A stretch of DNA of 59,239 bases, counting the filler, from Jimgerdemannia flammicorona (taxonomy: Eukaryota), in the NCBI GenBank assembly GCA_003990765.1. It is 2 parts of 2 records of this genome, joined end to end, with 100 filler letters (N's around TTAATTAATTAA, not from the genome) between each part and the next. Parts side by side here need not be neighbours in the genome. Positions count along the whole stretch, not along the records: positions 1 to 29,574 come from RBNJ01000484.1; 1 more part is not named here. One strand, given 5' to 3'. Position 1 is the stretch's first letter; each line of letters starts with the position of its first letter. The notes below the pieces were generated by a model. That model made no database searches. It had not been told where the DNA came from and worked only from the letters and a program-made list of their open reading frames with translations. Of the stretch, positions 13,500 through 26,800 are shown one piece after another. The position numbers and the translations under genes were made by a program.

Positions 13500-15000
13500 A
13501 ATGATAAATACTAATATCTAGGCTCTAACTGTCTAGCTAGCAATCTTAGCAAAAATAATTAAACAAATTACTAAATAGAACAAATTCACCAAGACCTTGC
13601 AAATTCTAACTTTTCATAAAAAAAACAGTAATATTAAAACCTTCATCAATAAAGTAGATATAGGATACCATATGAATCAATAGAATAATAATTAAATATC
13701 TATCAGAATACTCATTAATAATAATTATAATACTCTCTAACAACTGTATACTATCTTAGCAGCTCAAGTAAAAATAGTTATAACATTCTTCACTGGAATA
13801 GTAGCTAAGTTCTGATATATCTTAGAAGAGTACCCAGTAATTTGAGAAGATTGCCCTCAAGTAGGTGGATAGAACTCTATATAAAATAGACCAGATTGAG
13901 ATAACTATATAGCAGAATCAAACTCAAGACTCTACTACTGAATAAGTTCTAAAATGCAGCCTATATATAAGAAGCCTAAAATAAACTAGTTTAGATAAAG
14001 TTTTATAAGAATAGTAAAGAGAACTTAGAGATCTTTACCACTAGAATAGATGTCTACCTTAAGTTTATAAGACTTATCTATCAAAAAAACAATCTGGCTA
14101 TCAATGACATTAAGACCAACTACCTCTTTGCAGCTCTATCAGACTGGCTCACTCAGAAGATTAAGAAATAAGGCCTCTCCTAAGAATGTCTATACTATTT
14201 ATAGTACTTTGTCTAGATATAAAGAAGAGTCTATGAAATCCTTGCTATTCAGGCCTCATAAATTAAGAATATAAGAAAGACAACTAGGATAAGAGAAACT
14301 TCTTTAGAGAAATAGTGAAACTACAGAGAACCTCAATCTCTCAATAAAGATATAAAGAAGCAGCTCTATAAAAAAGAATTATGCTTTATCTATAGATAGA
14401 CAAGATATATCTCCTTCAGATGTTCTGAGAAAAAAAATCAAAGCCCTTTAAGAAAATCTAGTAACTAGACTATTATAGCTATTGAAGAAGACTCAAAAGA
14501 AAAGAACTCTGAAAATATCATCAAAGTGCAGAAAGTATAATATAATTAAGACTACTATTCCTACTAAAGCCCATTCTACTGATACTAGATATAATCTCCA
14601 CAGTAGTCAGGATCTCACAATTCTACCAAATACTAATATTACAGTATACATTAGGATTGTAATATAAGTCTCTAAAGAAATATATATCTGTCTTACTAAA
14701 AAAAAGCAGTCTGGTTAAAGAATTCAATATTGGTTTAAAAGAAGAAGTATTGATCAAGATTTTATTGAAGAAATCTATATCATCTGTGAAATTTTAGTAA
14801 TATATCATTTGAAGTCAAAGTAGACCAAAAATTGCTCAGACTATTATTGAAGTAATCTATCAAGATCTCACTATTAAAGAAGTCTCTGAACTCACTCAGA
14901 TAGACTATAGTAAGAAAGAGTTTAGATCTATTAACAAACTCTCTAGTCAAAAGATCATCACTATAAGAAAGATAATAATAAAACTAATATAAGAGAATTG
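13500..15000 (+). mobile_element. Degenerate LTR-retrotransposon gag + dUTPase relic
   Basis: Zn-knuckle relic LCFIYR*TRYISFRC (~14380-14425), then dUTPase relic KAHSTDTRYNLHSSQDLTILPN (cf. AGYDL) through DYSKKEFRS (cf. RGxxGFGS) at ~14560-14930. Confidence 0.65.
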
Positions 15001-15498
15001 CATATAGTTATGTACTATATAGACAATACTCCTATTCTATCTGAATATACTGTATGGAATATGTTAGTAAATATCATACATATCTCTCTAAGGTTTTCAA
15101 AATTCAATTTGAGAGATATTAAGCCCAATAGACTAAGAAATCTAAACTAGACCACATCCCTTATGAAGGATGAAGAGTGTAAGAGGGTTACTTATTAAGA
15201 TAACCATTATGTATTTCTGGAAGAGTTTTCTGGAAGTTCTGGATATTCTGGAAGACTGTTTTCTTTAGATCAAGATCAATTTCATATGTAGTATATCCTC
15301 TATACTTATTGAGTTCAAGATTGAGTTGATATCTCAACCAAAGTCCTTTCTCAGACTAGTTCTGGATGTTCAGGATTTTTCATATTTCAGGAAGTTCAAG
15401 AAACTAAGACCAGCTTAGTTGAATTAGAATATCACTACAGATAATATCTAATTAGAAAATTTCATGATATGGTTAGGAGTGAGATCTAATAGGGTCAA

Positions 15499-15603
15499 GT
15501 CCTTTGGGACCGCTGACACTTGAAAAAATTGGAACGATATAGAGAAGATTAGCATGGCCCCTGCACAAGGATGATACTATCTTCCTGAGTGGATAGCCCT
15601 ATA
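15499..15603 (+). pseudogene. U6: U6 snRNA retrocopy flanked by a 17-bp target-site duplication
   Basis: 5' hairpin GTCC-TTTG-GGAC, then AAAATTGGAACGATATAGAGAAGATTAGCATGGCCCCTGCACAAGGATGATAC, matching the U6 core. The ACAGAGA box is mutated to ATAGAGA and there is no oligo-T terminator. Flanks AGTG(A/G)GATCTAATAGGG lie at 15478-15494 and 15610-15626. Confidence 0.92.
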
Positions 15604-16245
15604 TGGGCAAGTGGGATCTAATAGGGAGTAGATTTACTTAAGAGTAGTTTGTAGATTATTAATTAGGTTTATTTGCTATTTATAATATTGCTATACTAGA
15701 AGTAGTTGTGTAAAGAGATATTGTTGGAAAGTATTCAAAAGTTATTCTTATCTATTCAAGTCTGAGATTCTGAGGTCTGGGAGAGGGAATATTTATACTA
15801 ATGAGAGGCTATCTAGACTATATTAGATATGAGTGTACATAGCACTTAGTATCTTGCTGAGTCAGAATGCAGTTTATATAGTATAAGTGTGAACTGATAT
15901 ATATATCAAGAGATTGTCTGACTGCTAAGTCTATATGCAGTTATATCATATAAGGCTAATGTAACTATATTAATGACTACTAGGCTATCTATAGATTTAA
16001 ATACTATCTGGGTAGTCTTTGATGACATCACTATTGATGATATTATCTCTGATGAAGTAGTTGTCTAGAAAGAGTGGTTCTTGGATTACTTCTCTCTATG
16101 TGCTCAGATAATAATATATTAGAATCTCATCACCATCCTACCGAATAGCATCATCTGTCTCCGAGCCTTTCTCTAGTAACATTCAAGTTACACAATCTTT
16201 TGGCAACTCTTTTGATACAGTTTCTGGAGATAAGCTACTAGTAAC

Positions 16246-18279
16246 ATGGTGACCAACAAGCTTCCTGAGGTACATACTGGGCAGGGTGGCCCTGGAGTAT
16301 TTGATTGACAGCAAGTAGGGAGAGGCCCTGGCTTGGGGGGAAGTATGAGGGGCCTGCTGGTAGGAGGCCATGGTGGAGGAGGGGGTGGAGCTGGCGGTCA
16401 AGAGTCTGGCAGAGTGAGCTTTGTGGAGAAGGTGAAGGGGGGTCAGCAGGGAGCTGGACTGGAGAGCTGACTGAGGGGGGGAAAGATGCTGGTGAGGGCT
16501 ACCAGGCAGCAACCTCTTGAGAGTACTTCTCTGGAGGGCCATAGGGGTAGAGCTGGGGAGATAGTGGCTGGGGTGGGGACTGCTGATAGGGGTGTGATGG
16601 GCGATCTGAAAAAAAATCTAGATGGGACTGCTGATGGTGAGCCAAGCGGTGAGAAGGGCATGAGGCCTGGGGACCTGGCAGATGATATAACAGGACTGGT
16701 GGTAACTCCATTACTCAAGAAGTCAATCTTGGAATTTGCAGTCACAATATGTTTCCAGGACTTGGCAGTGATGGCAAGAATGGTTCTGGGGCTGATTGCA
16801 AAACAGATGAGTGGGGTAGCATTGATTAAGTTCCTGAAGGGCCTAGAAGGGGTGGAGGTGGGATTTGAGGAGGCTGGGCCACTAGAGGAGGCTTTGAAGG
16901 CTGGGATGAAAGTGGGTGAAGTATGCGTACTGATGGTGAGATGCCTGCAGTGGGACCCAAGAGTAGTGCAACTTCTGGTAAAAGGAGTTCCCACTGTTAT
17001 GGCTGTAGAGATGAGGAAGAGGGTCAAGGAGATTATAGTGGAGTATGGGGAGGTAGTTGATATTGGGTTCAGAGTGTGGGAAGGAACCTCCCTCCGGACA
17101 GGAGATGTTGATGTCAGGATTCAGCTAGCTGGGCGAGAGGCTACTGGGAAGGCTTGGGACTGGCCCTCAGTGATGATGTGGGGGGCTATCTTGTGCAAGG
17201 TGATGAGAGTCAAGGGGAGTGAGGAGGAGGAGGAGGATTTGCTGGAGGTGCTGGAGGAGTTGAGTGGGGCAATTGAGAGGAGGACGAAAGCATGGAAAGT
17301 ATTTGAGGCAGCGACGCATCTTGAGGTGGTTGGAGGAAAGTGAGTCCACATCAACAAGGAGGTGTGGGAGAGGTCCCAAGGGCTTAGAAGTCAGAGGGAA
17401 TTGTTGGCAAAAATGGGGGCAGAGGCAACAAGGAAGGTGGACAATAGTGTGACTACTGGAGGCGCTGGGGCAAGTGTCTGGGCTGCTGGTGGTGGAAGGA
17501 ATGAGGAGGGGGAGCAGGTGGAGGACATAAAGGTGCCAAGCAAGAATCCATATGAAGATGGCACACTGGAGGTTTGGGAGGAAATCTGGGCAGATTCACC
17601 TTCACCCTCCCCCCTTATCAGAAGGAGTCTGGCAGTAAGAGGTAGGGTGGTGGAGGATGTGCCAATGCACAGTGCTCAGCAGGTGTGCTTTGGAGTCCCA
17701 AATGTAGAGAAAGGGAGATTGGTAGAGGTGACTGGAGAAGAGGAATTGGTGGATATTCTGGAGAAGAGATGAAATGAGTCAGCCAGTGTGAGGGCTGATA
17801 CTACGATATTGGATGGAGGGAGGCTGGTGACTCCAGGAGGGAAGGAGGTGGAAAACTTACTCTGGGTATACCAGATGATAAACAACTTGGCAGCAGAAGA
17901 GCTAGGGGAAGTCGACCTTCAAGTGATGAGCGATGAGCATTGGACAAGGATCCTGCAGAGTGATGGAGTAGAGACAGCATTGAAGGCAGAGATTCTGGCA
18001 GTATACCTGGAGGAGGAGGGGTATGAGGTAGATAAGGAGAGGGAGGCTGTGCTGGCAATTGTGGTAGATGAGCGGGCTGCCCACTGTTGGACTAAGAGGC
18101 ATGGGTTGCAGCTCTGGCAGGAGGCTTGTTTGGAGTACCACAAGGAGTTTGAGAAAAAGGAGGATGGGGAGATGGCTGAAATCCTGGCTGAATTGGAGGC
18201 TAAGAGGATCAAGGAAGCTGAAGCTACTGCTGAGTACAACCTAGACAGGGCACAGGAGGAAGTGGACATGGAGCAGTAG
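16246..18279 (+). pseudogene. LINE copy 1 ORF1 (677 codons in one frame, interrupted by nonsense codons)
   Basis: ORF-track pieces at 16486, 17362 and 17788 are all in frame with ATG 16246. Gly-rich N-terminus, SFVEKVK motif, no evident CCHC knuckle. Collinear with copy 2. Confidence 0.8.
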
Positions 18280-18310
18280 ACAGCATATCTGAAACTATAT
18301 AATCTCTCTT

Positions 18311-21300
18311 ATGAATAGTACAACCAATATTTTTTCTTTAAATGTGAATGGGCTATGGGGCACTTATCGATGTAAGAACATTTTTACTTGGCTAAAGAGA
18401 TTGGAGGTGGATCTCTTCCTCTTGCAGGATGTCAGGTGTGAGGATGACTTGGATAGATTGGAATGGATGAAGGAGTGGGGAGGTGAGGCAGTTTGGAAGG
18501 GCAAGGTTGGAATTCTGGTGCAGAAGGGCAGAGGGGAGATATAGGATGTGCAGAGCTGGGGGGATAGATTGGTCTGGGGAGAGTGGACACATGCAGGTTG
18601 GGAGCCAGTCATGGTGGGCTCCTATTACTGCTCTGTGGTACGGGGTGAGCAGGTGACCTGGGTGATGGGCCTACAGGAGAGTGGGATTCTTGTGGAGGTT
18701 GGGGTAGATGTGCTGGGTGGGGACTTCAATATGGTCTGAGACATATTGAGGGATAGAACTGATGGAGGATGAGATACTGTGGGGCAGAGTGGAGGACTGG
18801 CAATATGGGAGGAAGTGGAATGACTTAGTGCTCTGGTGGATGTGGGTAGAGAATGTTGGGGGAATAGGAAGGTGTACACACACTGGGCCAGGGGCCTGGG
18901 GATAAGGATTGATTGGATTCTGATGACCAGCTGTTGGGGTCTAGATATTTGGAAGTCACTGGAGGTAGAATGGTGTCCTTGGTCAGATCATTGGGGGCTT
19001 TTGGGGCAAGGACATTTTGGGGGGAGTGGGGATGGGCCTGGACATTGGCATCTCAATTTCTCCCTATTAGATGATAAGATTCAGTAGGGTAGTTGAGCCG
19101 AAGTCATTCAAAGGCAGGTAGAGTGCTGGAGGCAGGAGGGTGTCACAGTCGATATTCAGTGGATGAGGATGAAGGAGATGGCCAGGGCCTTCTGGAGTGA
19201 GGCTGGCATGGAGGTGGGGAGACAGAGGAGGCAGTGGGTGCAGTGGGCATCTCATAGACTATTTAGACTCTTGGAGGACTGGGCAAGATTGGCGACATTG
19301 GGGGGAGAGGAGGACTGGCATTTGATAAGGTTACAAATGGAGGTGGCTGAACTACAACAGGTGCTGTAGAATGAGGAGAAGGCTAGGGTCCAGGGTCTGG
19401 CAGCATGGCTTCATTGGCAGGGGCTGGAGGAAGGAGAGCAGCTCTTGAAGTTTCTTACAAGGGCCCTTCAGGCGAGAAGAGTGCAGCAAAAGTGGGAGGG
19501 GTGCTTAATGCTGATGGTTCATTGGTACATGGGGTACAAGACATTCTTGGCTCGTTAAAGGAGCATTGGAGTAGATTATGGAGTGAGGAGGAGGGTGGGG
19601 CAGGTGCTGAGGACATTGAGCAAGCCTTGGAGGATTGGCACCCTACCCAAGCTGCTGGGTTGGATGACTTAGTACTGCCAGTACTAGAGGAGGAGATCCA
19701 CCAGGTTCTTGCCATGACAACCTTGGGTACGGTGCCTGGAGAGGATGGTCTGCCCTGGGACTTCTGGAAAAGGATGGTGGGAGTCCCTGAAATAGTAGGA
19801 GAGATGAGGGCACTGTGTGATTGGTTTCTACAGATGGGGAGATGGGTGGGAGAACAGGACCTAGGGTTGGTGACATTGCTTTATAAGAACAAAGGGAGCT
19901 GAGAGGACTGGAAGAACTGGAGGCCAATTGTGCTACTAGATATGGACAGAAAGTTGGTTACCAAAGTGGTGGTCGCAAGGTTGCAAAAGGTGGCCCAGCA
20001 AGTCTTGGGTGAGGAGCAGCGGGGCTTTGTTGGAGGCCGGCTCATCAGGGATGGTATGGCATGGATACATGGCATTATTGAAGGGACACGAGCCAGTGGA
20101 CTGAATGGGTGTCTGGTCTTTTTGGACCAGGAGAAAGCCTATGACCAAGTGTGATAGGTCTGGTTGGTGAAAGTTTTGGATAGGATTGGGGTCCTGCAAT
20201 AGTTCAGGACTGCCATGGTCAGTCTACTGGAAGGAAGTAGGGTGGCACTCATGTGTAATGGACATAGAGGGATAGCATTTCCCCTGGGTCGGGGGGTGCC
20301 CCAGGGGGACCCACTGTCCCCCATTTTGTATGCTTTGTCTCTTGAGCCCTTCATGGACAGAATAAGGCAGAAGATAGTGGGGCTCTCTATCTTTGGCATC
20401 AGGTGGAAAGTAGGGGCATTTGCAGATGACATGGTGGTTGGTCTGGGATCAGTTGCAGATGTTGAGGAGCTCAAAGAGACAGTGGAGTGGTATGAGGCAA
20501 ACTCTGGGGCTAGGCTTAATTGACATAAGTGCGAAACAATGGTGTTAGGCAATGGTCTAGTGGGCAGGGAGATTATTGGAATGATTGTCCCTGCTGGTGA
20601 GGCAGTACAGTACTTGGGTATCTATCTGTCAGTATATGGGTTGGTTCTGCCCAGACTTTGGTGGGAGCAGTGGGTTGGCATATGGGAGGAGGCTCTGAGG
20701 TATTGAGGGGGCCATCAATTGTCTCTGGCAGGCTGCATTTTGATTCTGAACATCTATTGGCTGCCAAAGGTGTGATATCTGGCTTATCATCTGGACTTCC
20801 CAGCTTGGGTGGTGAAGCGATTGATAAAGCTGGCCAAGGGGTGGATCTGGGCTGGAAGGCAGAGTCAGATCAACTGGGAGGTATTGTTCTTACCAGTGGC
20901 AAGTGGGGGACTTGGGCTGGTCGACTTTCCTAAGAGGCTGCACTGCTTGAGAGCTTGGTGGCTGAAGAGAGCAGTGGAGTTGAGAGGGGGTGGTTGGGTT
21001 CCCCTACTGCAGAAAGTATGGGAGATGAGGTCCTCCCTGAGAGGTTTGACAGGTGATCTCCTGGCACTTATGGGTCTTCAGAACTCTGGGCAATTATAGT
21101 ACAAAGGCTTCTGGTGGGGAGTGGTGGAGGGAGCATGCCGCATTGAGATTAGGTGGCAGGGAAATGAAGGAGAGGAGGCTTGGGACTGGGCAATATAGAG
21201 ATGGGACCGAGTGTTACTAGGTGATATTCCCTTGAGTTTGACATTGGTGATGGGATCGAATGCCAATGGGGACTGGGCCAGGATCTGTGGCCTAGTAGTT

Positions 21301-22020
21301 GGCAGGGTGTGGGAATCGGTGAGGAGTGGGACTGGCATAGCATATGGGCCTGGAGTGCCAAGGTGAGGAGGTGGTTACTGCTGAAGTACTGAGTGGTCTG
21401 GTGGTGTGTGCTGAGGCGAAATGTCATGCTTAACTTCTGCTCTGGTCACCTTATCAAGGGGGGCTGCTTTGACTGTGAAGAGTGTTTTAATGTAGAGTAG
21501 GAAGGGGGATATGTACAGATGCCTGAACATTGGCTAGGGGAGTGTAAGGTGCTGAGTTCCTTTTGGCAGAATATTGGGGATCATCTAGGAGTGGTGCGCA
21601 GGAGAGCTGATGTGTGGGGGCGATGGGAAGACTTAAGGGGTAGACTGGAGGAGGGGGTGGAGAAGGAATGGCTGACATTAGGGTGGGTTTTGGCCATTTG
21701 GGTGGGGCTGGCCAGTCACTGGCTATTTGTATTTGAAGATGGGAGGAAACTTGGCTCTGAGGTCAGGCTGATGAGGTGGCATAGCCTTCTGGAAGACACC
21801 TTGACAGGCTGGTGGCTGGGCTGGGGGTTGAAAGAGGGTTGAAGACATTATTTGGTAGAATGAATTTGTAGGCAGAGTGGGGGGAGGGTTGGGGTTGTGG
21901 GTGCGAAAGTGGTTTTTATTGGTGTGAATAAGTGGAGTAGTACTTCTATGGGGATCAGGTAGTGGGAGGGTAAACTGTAAAATTATTAATAGATGGTAAT
22001 AAATGGCAGAGTCCAAGTGA
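18311..22020 (+). pseudogene. LINE copy 1 ORF2: AP endonuclease - reverse transcriptase - Cys/His finger
   Basis: APE motifs SLNVNGL, LGGDFN, RIDWIL, SDH. RT motifs PGEDGLP, NWRPI, LDQEKAYD, GVPQGDPLSP, FADD, YLGI. C-terminal CEEC..PEHWLGEC. Confidence 0.92.
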
Positions 22021-22021
22021 C

Positions 22022-22054
<33 letters not shown>

Positions 22055-22066
22055 ATCATCTGTCTC

Positions 22067-23002
22067 ATATACTGAGTAAGGAGTTGGTAGACAAAGGAGG
22101 GGTACATTATCTTCACTTTCATCAGATTCACTGTCTGTATACCTTCTGTAGATTACAGTGCTATGAGTTGCAGAGTTATAGTATACTGGCAACTGTACTT
22201 GATATTGCTCATACTTGGGTAGTAAAGTCATGGTTTAATCTTGAGAGTTATCTAGATATATAGATTGTGTTCTCTAGTCTCTTTATTGTAGTTGAAGTAG
22301 TCAGACATAAATGTGAGTTTGTACTTATGCCAGTGGTCATTATCTCAATAGGTCTCATAAGTAGTTATGAACTATTGTAAGTTTATTGATAAGGTTGGTG
22401 GGATGATCAGAGCTGACAGAGATCTTTGGCTTGAGGTCATATATATTAGCATCAGAGGGATCATTATCTTTTGCTTTGTTATCATCAAACTAAATTATAT
22501 TATAGATATTCTTTATGGCATATCAAACTTGGGGTATTTGTAGAATATAGTTATTAGAGTGTAAGAAGATTCTGTCTGTAGTTTGAATATACTCAATATA
22601 CTTGTGATTGAGTTCTTATTCTATATCTTTGATTTGGTCATAGGACAGGGTAGCAACCATTTCAGTGGTAGTAACTTAGAGGTGAGAAATAAAAGAGCTG
22701 TACTTATAGAAGAGTTCTCAATATTTATATGCAATGAGTTTCTAGTGTTGAGATGTCTGGGTAATGTCTGTATTATGGTAGTGTTTGATCATATCTTCTA
22801 GAAGATGACTGATCTGGTAGTAGTTTGAGATTTGTCTGATTTAATAGGCTTCACTAAGCATGTTCAGGACATTTCATCGGGCTTCCATAAAGTAAAGAGA
22901 TATCAGACTATGGATATTTATGAGGGATAGAGGAGGGGTGATCCAATTAATAATGGCATTCTAAATATCAGCACAGATACAGTTATAGATCTCAGTGGTC
23001 AT
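22067..23002 (-). pseudogene. Decayed ORF, candidate remote homologue of the LTR-encoded accessory protein; interrupted by LINE copy 1
   Basis: Conceptual translation MTTEIYNCICADI*NAI...ISNYYQISHLL...KLIAYKY*ELFYKYSSFISHL*VTTTEMVATLSYDQIKDIE*EL aligns by eye with RMFQDIRRAM...WQEYEIGNLL...RTAKKIHQIFRHAPWSIPNLEYVRVSDFRDLSSCRINALEARV. Confidence 0.45.
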
Positions 23003-23884
23003 GGTTATATATATTGTTTAAGAGTTATAGTTATTTGTTTTGTTTGTTCTGGTTCTTCATTTTGATATATCTGAGTACTCAGTATATATGCATTCAGTTC
23101 TGATTGATAAGATTCCATTTATATAAATCTTGGATTCTATAACTTTGAGTTGACTCAGCTTTGTATTCTGTGACTTTGGTTTGACTCAGCTTCATGATTC
23201 TATATGTGATTTCTGGATTTATTTAGAGATGATATGTAATTTTGGTGGCTTAGAGGTTTTTATTATTATTATTATTAAACATGTGGATAATAGTGAAAAG
23301 GGTTATATCAAGATGAGATGCTGATACAGCAGATATAAAAGTCAGCAGTATATATCAAGCAGTAGAGAGTTAAAAGCTTATGTGAATTTTCACAATGGAG
23401 CAAAGCAGGGAATAAAGTATTTTCTGAAGCAAGGTGCAATTGATCTGCAACCTGCTCATGATACCATAATATGTAATGATCTTTATTCAAATTTAAAAAC
23501 AAGGTTTGGTTATGAGAAATATGGATCTAACCTCAGAATTCTGGAATTAGAATAGTGCATAAGTACTTAGAATATTATCCAATCTAAACAAAAGTCTGAA
23601 TCAGACATTATTGATCTATATATGTGATGAGCCATTAAAAATCCAATATAGAAATTATTGGGAAAAGGTACTTATCATGTGAGCAACAAAGTGTTACATA
23701 TATATAAATAATACCAAAAACTGAACTAGACTAATAATGGTCATGTGTAAGTATGTAATTGTCACTTATAGGTTTAAAACTCTAAAAATTATCAGTATCT
23801 GAAGGTATAGGCATCAGGCCTAAAGCCTTATGACTGGAGTGGAGTAGAGTCTTGATACTAAAGCAAGAAGTAAGCAGAGGTAGA

Positions 23885-26800
23885 CAGTACCTTTCTCCTG
23901 TATAATTCACATTACACAAAACTTCAAGCAATGGTTTTCGACACAACTTGGAGAAAAGGTATTATAAGAATGTCATCGAGCAAGAGTTCTGATGGGTGTG
24001 CTGGGTCGGGTGGACCTGGGGCTTTTGGCTGGCAGAAGGTGGGGAGAGGTTATGGACTGGGGATGGGGGCTTTTGGAGGATCGAAGGTGGGAGAAGGCTC
24101 TGGTGGGGGACTGGTGTCTGGTGGATCTGGAGGAAGGTCTGGTCCCTCCAGCTTTGCTGACAAGGTGAAGGCAGGTGGATGGCCTACTGAGACAAGGGCT
24201 GGTACTGCTGAGGGGAAGGGCAAGGCTAGTGTCAGGAGGGGGAGTGGCCCTCAGGGGGGAGCAGTGAGTGTAGGGGCTGGTAGTGCTGTGGCTGGGGGTA
24301 TGACTGTTGATGGGAGTGTGATGGGGGATCAGGAAAAAAAAAGAGATGTGATGGCTGATGGTAGAGTGGGGCAGGAGTTCCCGATGCAGAAGGGGGACCT
24401 GGCTGATGGTGTAATGGGGCTGGTGGTGGGCCATTACTCAAGAAATCGATCTCAGAGTTTGCAGTGACACTGTGCTTCCGAGGCTTAGGAATGATGGTGA
24501 GGATGGTCTTGGGGCTTATCTTGAAGCAGGTGGCTGGAGTGGCTTCGGTGAAATTCCTGAAGGGTCTGGAGGGGGTTGAGGTGGGCTTTGAGGAGGCAGG
24601 CCCACTGGAAGAGATGCTGAGGGCTGGAGTGGAAGTTGGGGAGGTGGTGGTCCCTATGGTATACTGTTTGAGGTGGGACCACAGGGTGGTGCAGCTGCTG
24701 GTAAAGGGGGTGCCCACAGTGATGAAGGAGGAGATGAGGAGGAGGGTAGAGGAGGTGATGGTGGAGTATGGGGATGTGGTGGATATTGGCTTCTAGGTGT
24801 GGGAGGGGATGATGATTAGGATAGGTGATGTTGATGTCAGAATTTGGCTGGCAGGGAGGGAGGCCACAGGGAAGGCAGGTGACTGGCCCTCAGTATTGAT
24901 GTGGGGGGCCTTTATTTGTAAGGTGTTGAGGGTGAAGGGGAGTGAGGAGGAGGAGGAGGATTTGTTGGAAGCATTAGAGGAGATGAGTGGTGCAGTGGAA
25001 TGGCGGGCAAAGGCCTGGAAGCTCTATGAGGAGTCGACACACCTGGAGATTGTAGAGGGGAAGTGTATCCACACTGACAAGAGGCAGTGGGAGTGGGCTC
25101 AGGGGCGCTTGAGGCAGAGGGAGCTCTTGGTGAGTATGACAGGAGGGGAGAAGAGGAAGGTAGATGGGGCTGAGGGGTCTGGAGGCATCAAAGCCAGTGT
25201 ATGGGCTAGCGGAGGTGGAAAGGAGGTGGTGGTGACAGAAGAATGGGCTGCGAAGGTACTGGGCAAGGATCTCTATGCAGACAGTACTTTCGAGGTCTGG
25301 GAGGAGAAATCAGATAGCACCCCCCCCCCCACTTATCAGGAGGGGCCTGGTGGGGTGGAGAGGGGTAGCAGAAGATGTACCGATATAGGGGGCCCAGCAA
25401 GTTACCTTTGGGGTCCCCGATGTGGTGAAAGGGAGCCAGGTGGTGGTGGTTGGTGAGGATGAGCTAGTGGATGTAGAGGAGGAGTGGAATGAGGATGTCA
25501 GTATAGGTGCTGATACTATGATGCTGGATGCAGGGCAGCCGAGGACCCCTGGAGGGAAGGAGATTGGGAATCTGCTGTGGATGAGCAAGGTAATGGATAA
25601 CCTTGCAGCTGAGGTATTAGGGGAAGTGAATCTGAGGGTCATGCCAGAGGAGCACTGAACATAGATTCTGCAAGGTGATAGAGTGGTAGAGGTGCTGAAG
25701 ATAGAGATTCTTACTATATTACTAGAAGAAGAGGGTTATGAGGTGGATGAGGTGAGGAAGGCAGAGCTAGTGGTTATTGCTGGTGAGTGGGCTGCCTACT
25801 GTTGGGCAGAATGTCATAGTTTGCAGTTCTGGCAGGAGGCCTGTGGGGAGTATCAGAAGGACTTTGAGGAGAAAGAGAATGGGGCAATAGTTGAACTTCT
25901 GGAGGGATTGGAGGCATAGGGAGCTGAGAAGAAGGAACTGGCTGTGGAATATATCTTGGATTTGACACAGGAGGACTTGAGTGCAGACTTGTAGAGGAGA
26001 GGTTTAATCTTTAACAATATTCCTCATGAACAGTACAACAAACATTTTCTCTCTCAATGTGAATGGCCTTTGAGGATCTGGGCAGTATAAGAACATTTTT
26101 ACATGGCTAAAGGGATTGGAGGCTAATCTCTTTTTACTGCAGGATATATGGTATAAGGATGAGGATGATCAGATAGAATGGACTAGGGAATGGGGTGGGG
26201 CTACCACTTGGTTTGGAAAGGTGGCAATTCTGGTAAAGAAGGGTAGAGGAGATTTGGAGGGAATCTGAAGCTGGGGAGATTGCTTGGTCTGGGGTGAATG
26301 GCATCAGCCAGGGTGGGAATCAGTGTGGGTGGGCTCTTGTTACTGCCCAGTGGCTAGGGGAGAGAGAATTGTGTAGATTAAGGAGCTACTGGAGGAGGGC
26401 GTTCTCTTGGAGAAAGGGGTTGATGTTCTTGGTGGTGATTTTAATATAGTTCAAGATTTGCAGCTAGATAGGACTGATGGAGGGAGGAATGCAGGTGGGA
26501 GGAGTGGCGGTCTAGATGTATGGGAGGAGGTGGAAAACCTTAGCTCCTTAGGGGATATGGGCCGAATATGGTGGGGCGACACTAGGGTCTACACACACTG
26601 GGTGAATGGCTTAGGGATAAGAATTGACTGGATTCTGACAGCTGAATGTTGGGATGCTGATGTCTGGAAGACTTTGGAGGTGGTGTGGTGCCTGTGGTCT
26701 GATCACTGGAGACTGTTTGGACAGAGGCAGTTTGGGGGGAGTGGAGATGGATCCAGACATTGGCATCTTAACTCCTCCCTGCTGGCTGAGAAGGGGTTGT

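Larger units (their letters stand above)
16162..22051 (+). mobile_element. Full-length L1/Tx1-type LINE (copy 1), inactivated by stop codons
   Basis: Perfect 15-bp TSD AGCATCATCTGTCTC (16147-16161 and 22052-22066), ORF1 plus ORF2, and a 3' GTCCAAGTGACTAT followed by poly(A). Confidence 0.95.

Noticed and set aside
15499..15603. Functional U6 gene
   Set aside because: The ACAGAGA box is mutated, there is no oligo-T terminator, and the copy is TSD-flanked.
15499..16161. U6 as the specific target site or 5' part of LINE copy 1
   Set aside because: The U6 copy and the LINE each have their own TSD and are ~520 bp apart, so they are independent insertions.
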